From an uncultured Gemmatimonadales bacterium (lineage in GTDB: Bacteria; Gemmatimonadota; Gemmatimonadetes; Longimicrobiales; RSA9), in NCBI GenBank assembly GCA_963708135.1, contig OY970192.1:1536001-1600000 (forward strand): a stretch of 64,000 nucleotides of DNA, written 5' to 3'. The stretch's first letter is position 1; each line of letters opens with the position of its first letter. Shown piece by piece: positions 18,101-27,443 of the stretch. The notes below the pieces were generated by a model, which saw nothing but the letters and a program-made list of their open reading frames with translations, ran no database searches and had not been told where the DNA came from. The position numbers and the translations under genes are program-made.

Positions 18101-18109
18101 AATGCGTGC
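18095..18109 (+). promoter_or_regulatory. Putative sigma54 (-24/-12) promoter of the YihY gene
   Basis: TGGCAAAATGCGTGC = GG-N10-GC. Confidence 0.4.
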
Positions 18110-18197
18110 GCCGCGCGCCGCGCCGCGGGCAAGGAGGTTGCGTGGCTGTCGCGGCGATCGGCGAGACCGCAGGGAAGGCGCGCTCGGGGAGAGACGC

Positions 18198-19061
18198 ATG
18201 TGGGGATGGCTGGAGGTCGGCAAGGAGACCGTGCAGGAGGCGGTAAGCGACAACATCACCGGCGAGTCGGCCAAGGTAGCCTATTACGCCTTCCTCTCGC
18301 TCTTCCCGCTGATCCTCGTCATCTTCGCGCTCACCGGGCTGTTCGGGGGACACGCCGCGTTCGGCACGATCATGGGCTGGCTGCGCCGCGCGCTCCCCGG
18401 CTCGGCGAGCTCCGCGCTGTCGGGCGTGGTGGCGCAGGTGACCAACGAGAGCCGGCCCGGCATCCTGTCGTTGGGCGTGCTGCTCACGCTCTGGTCGGCG
18501 TCCGGGATCCTGGCCGCGCTGGCGGACGGCCTGAACACCATGTACGACGTCCGTGAGTCGCGGAGCTGGTGGGAGAAGCGCGGCATCACCCTCCTCCTGC
18601 TGGTGGTCGAAGCCGCGCTCGCGGTCGCCGCCGCCGCGCTCATGCTCGCCGGCCCACAGATCGGGCGCGCCATCGGCATCGGCGTCGTCTGGGACATCGT
18701 CGTCTGGCCCGTCGCGTTCGTCCTCCTCGTCGCCTTCATCTGGCTCGTCTACTTCTTCCTGCCCGACCGGGGGCAGAGCCAAGCGAAAGGGCTCGTCCTC
18801 GTCGGCTCCGTCGTCGGCGCCATCCTCTGGGTGGCCGCCACGGTGGGGTTCCACCTCTACGTGACGAACTTCGGCCGCTACGCGCGCACCTACGGCTTCG
18901 TGGGCGGCATCATCGTGCTGCTGCTCTGGCTCTACCTCTCCTCTCTCGCCATCCTCGTCGGCGGCGAGCTGACCGCCGTGCTCGAGCAGCGGCGCGGTGG
19001 GACGGTGGGCGGCGCTCGCGCCTCCCGACCGTCCCGCCCTGCGCGCGTCAGCCGGTCGTGA
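18198..19061 (+). CDS. YihY/virulence factor BrkB family membrane protein
   Basis: SAKVAYYAFLSLFP, LWSAS, LNTMY, YVTNFGRYARTYG, LLWLY, GGEL. Confidence 0.92.
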   Translation: MWGWLEVGKETVQEAVSDNITGESAKVAYYAFLSLFPLILVIFALTGLFGGHAAFGTIMGWLRRALPGSASSALSGVVAQVTNESRPGILSLGVLLTLWSASGILAALADGLNTMYDVRESRSWWEKRGITLLLLVVEAALAVAAAALMLAGPQIGRAIGIGVVWDIVVWPVAFVLLVAFIWLVYFFLPDRGQSQAKGLVLVGSVVGAILWVAATVGFHLYVTNFGRYARTYGFVGGIIVLLLWLYLSSLAILVGGELTAVLEQRRGGTVGGARASRPSRPARVSRS

Positions 19062-20517
19062 GCTCGTACTTCCAGCCGACCACATCCTCCTTGGTCGTGC
19101 TGCTCGCCTCGAAGCTCGCCTTCGAGTCCGGTGCGGGCGCATCGACGCTCACCGTCTGCGTGTCCACGGGAGTGCCGTCCTTGCCGAGCAAGCTCACCTT
19201 GAGGGTGATCGGCGTCCCCGCCGCGAGCTTCAGGTTGCTCACGTCACCCGTCAGCGTGTAGCCGGCCTCCGTCTTCACCAGCTTGATGTTGCTGACGTCC
19301 AGCTTGGCCGAATCCTGCTTCTGCAGGAGCGCCAGCGTTCGATTCTTCCACTCGTCCTGCGCCTTCGGCGTGGCCGCAATGTCGCCCATCCCGCGCGACG
19401 CCAGCGCGGCGAGCTGGATCGCCGTCACGTTGCTCGGGTCCTGCGCCCGCACCTTCTCCGTCGCGTCGAGCATCCCCTGGTAGAGCTGCTTCAACTTCGC
19501 GTCGTTCTGCGTCTTCTGGCCCGCGGGCGCCTTGGAGCGCGCCTCCTCCAGGTCGCGCGCCTCCGCGTACAGCGTCTCCGCCAGGTTGAAGTAGGCATCC
19601 CGGTTGTACGGGTTGGCCGCGGCCGCCTTGCGGAACGCGTCTGCAGCCTTGTCGTACTGCTTGGCCTGGAACAGCCCGAGCCCCATCGAGAAGTAGTCGG
19701 TGTCGGAGAGGCCGGGCTGCGTCAGCAGCTCCGCGTAGAGCTGGTTCGCCTCGTCCATCTTGCCGCTCAGGGCGAGCGCCGTGGCCAGATTCATCCTGAC
19801 GCTGGCATCCTCCGGGTGCGCCTTCGCCTCCGCCTGGAAGAGCGCGACCGCCTCATCGTACTTCTTCGCCGCCAACAGAAGCCGCGCCAGCGACGAGTTG
19901 ACCGTTGCCGCCTGCTCCTTCCACTTCGCCGCCTGCTCCGGCGTCAGATTCTTGGCCGCCGGGCCGTTCAGGATGTCGAGCGCGCCCTTGTAGGTCGCAA
20001 TCGCCTTCTCCACGTCACCCTGGGTCTGATACAACGAGCCCAGCGTGATGCGCGCCTGCGGCCGCCCCTGGAACAGCCGGTCCGCGAGCTCGAGGCTCTG
20101 CACCGCCTGGTCCATCTTCTTCTGCTGGATCAGCTGAATGGACCGGTTGTAGAGGTCCACCCACGCCTGCTCGCGGATCGGCGTGTCCTCCTTCACGTAG
20201 TCCGGCCAGAGCGACTCGGCCTTGTCCAGCATCGAGTCCGCCCGTGCAAAGTCGCCCATCTCCAGGTATGCCTGCCCCGCCTGCTGATAGGGCAGCGGGT
20301 TCTCGTCGTCCCGCTCGATCGCCTTGTCCGTGGCCTCGAGGGCCCGCTTGTAGAAGCTCTCCTTCTCGTCCGCCGCCGCCACCTTGCGGGCGGAGGCCAG
20401 GTACACCTCCGCGCTGCGCGTGAGCGAGTTGCTCGACGGCTTGTGCGTGCTCTGCGCCCGCACCCCAATGGGCAGGACCAGCATCAGGACCGGAGCCAGC
20501 CAGCCTGAACGCTTCAT
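19048..20517 (-). CDS. Secreted TPR-repeat protein with a C-terminal Ig-like (FxLYD-like) domain
   Basis: AGGAGG RBS; signal peptide; multiple TPR helices; C-terminal beta-rich LTGDVSN...VSLLGKDGTPV...VGWKY. Confidence 0.85.
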   Translation of the reverse strand: MKRSGWLAPVLMLVLPIGVRAQSTHKPSSNSLTRSAEVYLASARKVAAADEKESFYKRALEATDKAIERDDENPLPYQQAGQAYLEMGDFARADSMLDKAESLWPDYVKEDTPIREQAWVDLYNRSIQLIQQKKMDQAVQSLELADRLFQGRPQARITLGSLYQTQGDVEKAIATYKGALDILNGPAAKNLTPEQAAKWKEQAATVNSSLARLLLAAKKYDEAVALFQAEAKAHPEDASVRMNLATALALSGKMDEANQLYAELLTQPGLSDTDYFSMGLGLFQAKQYDKAADAFRKAAAANPYNRDAYFNLAETLYAEARDLEEARSKAPAGQKTQNDAKLKQLYQGMLDATEKVRAQDPSNVTAIQLAALASRGMGDIAATPKAQDEWKNRTLALLQKQDSAKLDVSNIKLVKTEAGYTLTGDVSNLKLAAGTPITLKVSLLGKDGTPVDTQTVSVDAPAPDSKASFEASSTTKEDVVGWKYELTTG

Positions 20518-20562
20518 CCGCTCGCCTCCTGCTTGGATATCAAGTGTCTATACCGCTTCTGT

Positions 20563-21753
20563 TTACACGCCTTCAGCACCTTTTGTTGCACGCGCCTCGC
20601 TCTCCAGCAAGTGCCGTGCTTCGTGCGCCGTGAGCCCCAGCGCGCGCGCCGCCCGGACCACGTCCTCGTACTCCGGCTTCGCCCGCTCCCCTCCGCCCGG
20701 CAGCGTCACCCGCTTCCAGCGGATCCGCTGCCCCCGCCACTCCGTTTCCTCCTCGCGCCGCGCCAGTGCCGGCCGGCGGACGGGCCAGTGGCGCGCACCG
20801 ATCGTCGGGGTCGAGCGGAACAGCGCGGAGAGCACCGCCTCCAGCCGCGCCTCCGGCACCAGCGCCTCCAGCCGCACGCCCGGGCGCCCCTTCTTCATGG
20901 ACACGCCGTAGGCGACGACGTCCACCGCACCCGCCTCGAGCAGCGCCTCCTGCGCGGGCGGGAGGTACTCCGGCGCGAGGTCGTCCAGGTCCGTCTGCAC
21001 GACGTGCAGCCGCCCGGCCGCATCCGCCTGCTCCGGCGCCTCGCACAGCACCAGCCGAAGGCAGTTCGGCCGGTCCTCCGGATCCCGCGTGCCGGCACCG
21101 AATCCACTCCGCCGCACCACCACCTCCGCCGGCGGACGGCGGCCCTCCGTCAGCGTGGCCAGGATCGCCGCGCCCGTGGGTGTCGTGCATTCGCCGCCGA
21201 GCCCGGAGTCCGTGACCGGCAGCCCGTCGAGCAGCTTCAGCGTGGCCGGCGCGGGCACCGGGAAGCGGCCGTGCTCGATCTCGACCCACCCGCTCCCCAC
21301 CGCCACCGGGCGCGTGTAGCAGCGCTCGATCCCCAGCTCCACGACCCCCGCCATGGCGCACAGCACATCCAGGATGGCGTCCAGCGCGCCGACCTCGTGG
21401 AAGTGCACCTTCTCCACGCTCGTGCCGTGCACCTCCGCCTCGGCCGCCGCAAGCCGGCGGAACGCCTCCGCCGCGAGCCGCTTCGCCTCCGCCGGCGCCG
21501 CCGAGCCGTCGATGATCTCCAGCACGTGTCGGAGATGCCGGTGAGCATGCTCCACCGGCAGCTCGAAGTGGACGCGGGCGCACGCGATTCCCCGCCGCGT
21601 CGCACGCTCGACCCGGGCACGCGCCTCGCCCAGGCCCAGCGATGCGACGAACGCCTCGAGCCAGGACGGCTCGAGGCCCAGGTCCACCAGGGCACCCACC
21701 ACCATGTCGCCGCTGATCCCGGCGAAAGGGTCGAAGATGAGGGCTCGCACCAC
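20563..21753 (-). CDS. larC: Nickel pincer cofactor biosynthesis protein LarC
   Basis: FAGISGDM, AEAEVHG..VHFHEVGALDAI, HGRFPVPAPAT, TPTGAA, MKKGRPG, KPEYED. Confidence 0.95.
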   Translation of the reverse strand: MVRALIFDPFAGISGDMVVGALVDLGLEPSWLEAFVASLGLGEARARVERATRRGIACARVHFELPVEHAHRHLRHVLEIIDGSAAPAEAKRLAAEAFRRLAAAEAEVHGTSVEKVHFHEVGALDAILDVLCAMAGVVELGIERCYTRPVAVGSGWVEIEHGRFPVPAPATLKLLDGLPVTDSGLGGECTTPTGAAILATLTEGRRPPAEVVVRRSGFGAGTRDPEDRPNCLRLVLCEAPEQADAAGRLHVVQTDLDDLAPEYLPPAQEALLEAGAVDVVAYGVSMKKGRPGVRLEALVPEARLEAVLSALFRSTPTIGARHWPVRRPALARREEETEWRGQRIRWKRVTLPGGGERAKPEYEDVVRAARALGLTAHEARHLLESEARATKGAEGV

Positions 21754-21787
21754 GTGTCTCGCTCCGGGGATCGTGAACGGCGGCGGG

Positions 21788-21817
21788 AAGATAGGCCCGG
21801 TGCGGGGGGGGCGTCAA
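21788..21817 (-). promoter_or_regulatory. Putative sigma70 promoter of larC
   Basis: TTGACG-18 nt-TATCTT. Confidence 0.55.
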
Positions 21818-21850
21818 CGCGCCGGTCGAGCGGGCGGGCGGGTCGCGGCG

Positions 21851-23683
21851 TCAGCCGCCCAGGTGCTGCAGGATCTGGCGCGCGAGCGTGTCCGAGAAGC
21901 CCGGCACCGCCGCGATCTCCTCCGGCGAGGAGGCGCGCAGCGCGCGCACGCTGCCGAACCTCGAGAGCAAGGCGCGCTGCCGGGTGGGGCCGATGCCGGG
22001 GATGGCGGCCAGCTCGCTCGACAGCGTGCGCCGCTTGCGCAGCTTGCGGTTGTAGGTGATCGCGAACCGGTGCGCCTCGTTCCGGATGCGCTGGAGCAGC
22101 CGGAGCGCCCTGCTCGTCCTGGGTAGCCGCACGGAGTCGCGGAGCCCCGCCAGGAACACCTCCTCCTCCCGCTTGGCCAGCCCGCACAGGGCGACGTCGG
22201 AGGCGCCGGCGTCCCGCGCGGCCCGCATCGCCGCCGAGAGCTGCCCCTTGCCGCCGTCGATGATCGCCAGCTCCGGGAGCGGCAGCCCCTCCTCCACGCG
22301 CCGGCGGAAGTAGCGCCCGACCACCTCCGCCATGGAGCGGAAGTCGTCGTTGCCCCACTCGCCGCGGATCCGGAAGCGCCGGTACTCCGCCTTGCACGGT
22401 TCGCCGTTGCTGAAGACCACGGCGCTGCCGACCACCTCCGCGCCCTGCGTGTGCGAGATGTCGAAGCACACCACCAGCCGCGGAACGACCTTCAGCGAGA
22501 GCGCCTCCTGGAGCTCGTAGAGGGCGTCGTCCGCGCGCTCCGCGGCCGCGTCCGTGAGCACCGCCCGCTCCTCCAGCAGGTGGCGCGCGTTCTGGCTCGC
22601 GAGCTCGACCAGCCGCAGCTTGTCGCCCTTCCGGGGCACCAGCGTCCGCACCCGCCGCCCCGCCCGCTCCGTCAGGATCGCGCCCAGCGCCGACTGCTCC
22701 TCGAACGCCGACGGCGCCAGCACCTCCCGCGGCAGGTCCTCCGTGCCGTACTCCCCCCGCCCCAGATAGAAGCGGGTGGCCGCCGCCGCGAGCAGAGCGG
22801 CATCCTCCTCCTCCGCCACGTGCTCGAAGAAGGCCACCTCCCTCCCGAGCAGCTTCCCTTCGCGAATCCGCAACAGCGCCGCGCAGGCCAGGTCGCCGTC
22901 CCGCGCGACGCCGAGCACGTCCTGCTCCCCGCCCCTCACATCCAGAGCCCGCTGCCGCCGCTCGATCGATCCCAGCCCCGTCAGCACGTCGCGCAGGTTC
23001 GCGGCACGCTCGAAGTCCAGCGTGGCGACCGATTCCGCCATGGCCGCCTCCACGCGCGAGCGGACCGGACCGATCCGGCCGGCCAGCACGCTCAGCACCT
23101 CGTCGATCATCGCCCGGTACGACGCCGCATCCTGGAGTCCCACGCACGGCGCCTGGCAGCGCCCGATGTGGTAGTCCAGGCAGGGTCGCTCCGGCCGCTC
23201 CTTCGGCAGGTCGTAGCGGCAGCTGCGCACCGTGTATAGCCGTTTCACCACCTCCAGCGCCGACCGCATCGCGCCCACTTCGGTGTACGGACCGAAGTAG
23301 CGCGCGCCGTCATTCTCCAGGTTCCGCGTCACGTAGACCCGCGGAAACGGCTCCTGCAGCGTCACCTTGATGTAGGGGTAGCGCTTGTCGTCGCGCAGCA
23401 GGATGTTGAAGCGGGGATGGTGCGCCTTGATCAGGTTGGCCTCGAGCAGCAGCGCCTCCGCCTCCGACCCCACCACCATCGTCTCCACGTCCGCCACCCG
23501 CCGGATCATCTCGCGGTTCTTCAGCGACTGCGCCGGATCCTGCGAGAAATGGCTGCGCACCCGTGCCCGCAGCGAGTTGGCCTTGCCGATGTAGAGGATC
23601 GTGCCGCGCGCGTCCCGGAACAGGTACACGCCCGGCCGCGTCGGCAGGTGCTGCAGCTTCTTTTCCAGCGTCTCTGCGGTCAC
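21851..23683 (-). CDS. uvrC: Excinuclease ABC subunit C
   Basis: GIY-YIG (PGVY..LYIGKA), DDKRYPY, Cys cluster, UVR domain, FDISH, IIDGGKGQ, RNEAHRFA, HhH IPGIG. Confidence 0.97.
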   Translation of the reverse strand: MTAETLEKKLQHLPTRPGVYLFRDARGTILYIGKANSLRARVRSHFSQDPAQSLKNREMIRRVADVETMVVGSEAEALLLEANLIKAHHPRFNILLRDDKRYPYIKVTLQEPFPRVYVTRNLENDGARYFGPYTEVGAMRSALEVVKRLYTVRSCRYDLPKERPERPCLDYHIGRCQAPCVGLQDAASYRAMIDEVLSVLAGRIGPVRSRVEAAMAESVATLDFERAANLRDVLTGLGSIERRQRALDVRGGEQDVLGVARDGDLACAALLRIREGKLLGREVAFFEHVAEEEDAALLAAAATRFYLGRGEYGTEDLPREVLAPSAFEEQSALGAILTERAGRRVRTLVPRKGDKLRLVELASQNARHLLEERAVLTDAAAERADDALYELQEALSLKVVPRLVVCFDISHTQGAEVVGSAVVFSNGEPCKAEYRRFRIRGEWGNDDFRSMAEVVGRYFRRRVEEGLPLPELAIIDGGKGQLSAAMRAARDAGASDVALCGLAKREEEVFLAGLRDSVRLPRTSRALRLLQRIRNEAHRFAITYNRKLRKRRTLSSELAAIPGIGPTRQRALLSRFGSVRALRASSPEEIAAVPGFSDTLARQILQHLGG

Positions 23684-23811
23684 GGTCTCGCGGCCAGGGT
23701 CACGGCCGGCGCGGCCCTCCACGGCGCGCCAACGCCAAACTGTTGTACCCCCTCCGCGGGGGGCGTTCCTGCTGCGAACGGCGGACGCGGGGGGCGCCGC
23801 GGGCCCTTCGT

Positions 23812-25398
23812 TCAGCGGCGGATCCGCCGCACCACCTTCCCGACCACCTCCCGCGCCTCCTCCACGCCGAACGCGTGGGCGAGCAGGAAGTACGCGGTGC
23901 CGTACGGCCCGAGTACCAGCACGGCGGCGAAGATCGGCCGCATCGGCGGCAGTGCCCAGGCGATCGCGCGCCCGAGAGCCGCCGCGAGCAGCGCCGCGGC
24001 GAACATGCGTCCGAGCGGCCTGGCCCCCGCCCCGACCCGGCCGATCCTGCCGCGCAGCACCCGCTTGAGCAGCCACCACTCGAGCCACGCCGCGACACCC
24101 GCGCCCAGGGTCAGGCCGAACACGCCCATGGGGTGCCCCATCACGTGCCAGTTGCGCTCCAGCGGGAACATCAGCGCGTAGCCGATCGCCGCGGTCACCA
24201 CGACGCGCAGCGCCGCGATCTTGGCCGGCGTCTTCGTGTCGTGGAGCGCGAAGAAGGTGGAGGAGAACAGGCGCGTCCCCGTGGAGGCCATGAGCCCGAG
24301 CGCGAAGCCGATCAGAACGATGGTCACGTAGATGGTGTCGTCGCGCCCGAAGCGGCCGGTCTGATAGATCGCGCCGACCACCACATCCCCCAGCAGGATG
24401 TAGCCGACCGTCGATGGCACCACGTAGACGGCGATCTGGCGCAATCCGTCGCTCACCCGCTGCGCCAGCCCGGCCTGGTCGGAGACCCGCTGGCGCGCGA
24501 GCTCCGGTAGCTCCGACGCGGCCACCGACATCCCGAACAGGCTGATCGGCAGCAGGTACAGCATGCTCGCGTAGCCCATGGCGGCCAACGCCCCCTGCGA
24601 GAGCAGGGAGGCCAGCAGCACGTCCACGTAGGCGCTGAGCTGCACGACCCCCCGCCCGAGCACCGCCGGGCCGGCGTTGTGCACCACCTCCCGGACGTTC
24701 CTCGTCCAGAGGCCCCCCATCCGGACCCGCAGCCGCGGCTCCAGCCGGAGCACCCGCGGAAGCTGCACGAGGAACTGCAGCACGCCGCCCACCAGCGCGC
24801 CCCAGGACGCGGCGATGACCAGCCCGGACAGCTCCATGCGGGTCCCGAAGAACAGCAGCGCCGCGATGATCGCCGCGTTCGAGACCACGGGGGCCACGTA
24901 GGAGAGGAAGAAGCTGCGGTGGCTGTTCAGGATCCCCAGCGCCCACGCCGAGAGCACGAGCACGCCCGTCATTGGAAACATGATGCGGACCGCCTGGACC
25001 GTGAGCGCCAGCCGCTCGCCCCGGAACCCCGGCGCCACGAGGTCCACCATGTAGGGAGCGAGGAAGATCCCGAGCAGGCTCATCGTCCCCGCCAGCGCCA
25101 GCAGCAGCGCGAACACCGCGCCGGCCACCCGGCCCGCCTCCTCCTCCCTGCCCTCGTGCAGCAGCTCCGTGTAGACGGGGATGAAGGACGCGCTCAGCGT
25201 CCCCTCCCCCAGCAGGTTCTGGACGATGTTGGGAATGCGCAGTGCCGCCAGGAAGGCGTCGGCGAAGAGGGTGTTGCCGAAGAAGTGCGCGATGACCCGC
25301 TGCCGGATGAACCCGGAGATGCGGGAGAGGAAGATGCCCGCGCCGACCAGGCGCGCGTAGATTCCGGCCTTGCTCGCCGGCTCAGCCGTGCTCGTCAC
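23812..25398 (-). CDS. murJ: Lipid II flippase MurJ
   Basis: SRISGFIR, ADAF..ALRIPN..LLGEGTLSASFIPVY, LPISLFG, FFALHDTKTP. Confidence 0.95.
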   Translation of the reverse strand: MTSTAEPASKAGIYARLVGAGIFLSRISGFIRQRVIAHFFGNTLFADAFLAALRIPNIVQNLLGEGTLSASFIPVYTELLHEGREEEAGRVAGAVFALLLALAGTMSLLGIFLAPYMVDLVAPGFRGERLALTVQAVRIMFPMTGVLVLSAWALGILNSHRSFFLSYVAPVVSNAAIIAALLFFGTRMELSGLVIAASWGALVGGVLQFLVQLPRVLRLEPRLRVRMGGLWTRNVREVVHNAGPAVLGRGVVQLSAYVDVLLASLLSQGALAAMGYASMLYLLPISLFGMSVAASELPELARQRVSDQAGLAQRVSDGLRQIAVYVVPSTVGYILLGDVVVGAIYQTGRFGRDDTIYVTIVLIGFALGLMASTGTRLFSSTFFALHDTKTPAKIAALRVVVTAAIGYALMFPLERNWHVMGHPMGVFGLTLGAGVAAWLEWWLLKRVLRGRIGRVGAGARPLGRMFAAALLAAALGRAIAWALPPMRPIFAAVLVLGPYGTAYFLLAHAFGVEEAREVVGKVVRRIRR

Positions 25399-25660
25399 CG
25401 GGCGGCAGGGCGCTCCCCGCGCCGGGCTTGTTCTCCAGCAGGCGATGCAGGAATTCCGTCTCCTCCTCCAGGCGCCGCAGCTCCCCGTTCAGGCGCTCGA
25501 GCTCGCCCTCGAGGGTAGCAACCCGTGTGCCGAGCGCCCCGTCGGCCGCGGTGTCGGTGCCGCGCTCGAGGCGGCCCGCCAGCGCGCGGCCGAGCTGCGA
25601 GTCGAGGATCACCGCGATCAGCGGGATCATCAGGGCGAGGACGATAATGAAGGCCCACAT
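25382..25660 (-). CDS. Small membrane-anchored coiled-coil protein
   Basis: N-terminal TM (WAFIIVLALMIPLIAVIL) then heptads RVATLEGELERLNGELRRLEEETEFLHRLLE; overlaps the murJ start. Confidence 0.75.
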   Translation of the reverse strand: MWAFIIVLALMIPLIAVILDSQLGRALAGRLERGTDTAADGALGTRVATLEGELERLNGELRRLEEETEFLHRLLENKPGAGSALPPGDEHG

Positions 25661-25747
25661 CGCCGGGGAAGGTACGCGAGGGCCGAAGGACGGGGCAAGC
25701 CGGCCGCGCCCGGGAAGCGGCCACAGGGCGCTCGCGGCCGCCCCCCC

Positions 25748-27394
25748 TCAGGCGGGCGGGAGACCTTCTCCGGAACAGTCCAGGCCGCGCCACCCCTCGG
25801 GCGCCTCACCCAGCCGGATCTCGATCGCCGCCGCGATCGCCGGCAGCAGCTCCGGACCGTAGCGGGCCAGGTACTGCGTCGCGTTCAGCACCCGCTCCTG
25901 CGGCGCTCCCTCCGGGCGCAGGTTCGCGGCAGCCTTGGCGATCTGGTCGAGCGAGGTCGCGTTCTGCTCCTTCAGGTGGCCGAGGATCTTCTTCTCGGCG
26001 TCGCGCAGCGCCACGTGGCTGGCGTTGCGGGCTCCGGTGATCGGCCCCTTGAGCGTCGCATCGATGCTCCGGGCCGTGTCGGCGAGGTGGGTGTAGCCCT
26101 GGTCGATCGCGGTGCGCAGCGCGCCGATCGACTCGCGCACGTCATCGGGCAGCTCGTCGCGGACCACCCGCGCGGCCAGCTCGTGCACCGGGGTCGCGAA
26201 GTCCTCGATCGAGAGCGAGAACTTCTCCAGCACCTTGCGCACCTTCCGCTCGACCAGGGTGACGCCCGCGCGCGGGTAGATCGTGGGCATGGCGATGCCG
26301 TGCGCCTGGAAGAAGCAGCCGAGCTGCGCGAAGTAGCTGAGCTCGCCCGGCCCCGCCACGTAGCCGATGGTCGGGAAGAGCGCGCTCTCGACCACCGGGC
26401 GCAGCACCACGTTGGGCGAGAACCGCTCCGGCTCGGACTCGAGGAGGGCGAGCAGCTCCTCCTGCGAGAAGCTCCGCTTCGTCCGGCGCAGCAGGAAGCG
26501 GCCATCCTCCCGCACCAGTCGCTCCCGGCCTTCCTCGTCCTCGTAGGAAACGTTCGTCGCGCCGCCGATCCCCACCTGCGCGTGGTAGCCCGCCGCCACC
26601 AGCCGCTCCGTCTGGGCGGCCACGATCCGCTCGTGCGCGTCCGACGCCTCCAGCTCCGCGCGAAACACCGGTGCCGCCAGCGCCTTCAGCACGGGGTGCG
26701 CGGGGTCCACGATGAGCAGGTCGAACGGCTCGAACAGCCCGGCGAGCAGGTCGGCATAGGCGGCCGCCATGGTCGCCCCGGGGCGGTAGGCGCTCCGCAC
26801 GCGCTCGAGGACGGTCGCGCTGAATTCGGTCTCGGGCAGCAGCTCCGCCAGCCGGCCGACCGCCGCCTCGATCTCCGGCCCGAGCCGCCGGTGCGCCATG
26901 GATACCGGCGGAGTGTCCGCCGCCTGCTCGACCGTGATCCGGTGCGGCGTGTTGTCCACGTCCAGCACGACCACGTGGTTCACCTCCGCCCAGTCGTGGT
27001 CGTCCGAGCCGACCCAGAAGAGCGGCGCCACCGGCACCCCGAGCTCCGACTCGAGCGCGCCCGCCAGCCGCACCAGCGTCAGGATCTTGTGGACGTTGTA
27101 GAGCGGCCCCGAGAAGAGCCCCGGCTGCTGGCCCGTGGTAACGAACGCGCCCTCACCCGCCACCACCCGCGCCAGCTTCTCCGCCGCCGCCGCGCTCGTG
27201 GGCCGGATCGCCTCCGCCATCCGCCGGCGGTGCTCCGGCCCCAGGCGACGCCGCGTCTCCTCCAGCTTCGCGCGGTACGCCGCGACATCGCCCGGGGCCG
27301 CCGGGTAGAACGGCGCGAGCGACTTCTCGCCCGCGTGGTACGCCTCGACGAGCGCGGCGCCACGCACCGGCCCGACCACGATCTCCAGGTTCAG
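25748..27394 (-). CDS. bshC: Bacillithiol biosynthesis cysteine-adding enzyme BshC
   Basis: VTTGQQPGLFSGPLY, FWVGSDDHDWAE, FSPNVVLRP, YVAGPGELSY, PQERV. Start uncertain: CTG 27394 (has GGAGG) or GTG 27379. Confidence 0.93.
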   Translation of the reverse strand: MNLEIVVGPVRGAALVEAYHAGEKSLAPFYPAAPGDVAAYRAKLEETRRRLGPEHRRRMAEAIRPTSAAAAEKLARVVAGEGAFVTTGQQPGLFSGPLYNVHKILTLVRLAGALESELGVPVAPLFWVGSDDHDWAEVNHVVVLDVDNTPHRITVEQAADTPPVSMAHRRLGPEIEAAVGRLAELLPETEFSATVLERVRSAYRPGATMAAAYADLLAGLFEPFDLLIVDPAHPVLKALAAPVFRAELEASDAHERIVAAQTERLVAAGYHAQVGIGGATNVSYEDEEGRERLVREDGRFLLRRTKRSFSQEELLALLESEPERFSPNVVLRPVVESALFPTIGYVAGPGELSYFAQLGCFFQAHGIAMPTIYPRAGVTLVERKVRKVLEKFSLSIEDFATPVHELAARVVRDELPDDVRESIGALRTAIDQGYTHLADTARSIDATLKGPITGARNASHVALRDAEKKILGHLKEQNATSLDQIAKAAANLRPEGAPQERVLNATQYLARYGPELLPAIAAAIEIRLGEAPEGWRGLDCSGEGLPPA

Positions 27395-27443
27395 GTGCCA
27401 CCTCCCGTGCCGCGCGGCTGGGCGCCCGGGCGTTCCGGCGCCG

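Noticed and set aside
20563..21753. Programmed frameshift in larC
   Set aside because: The gene is one continuous frame containing both domains.
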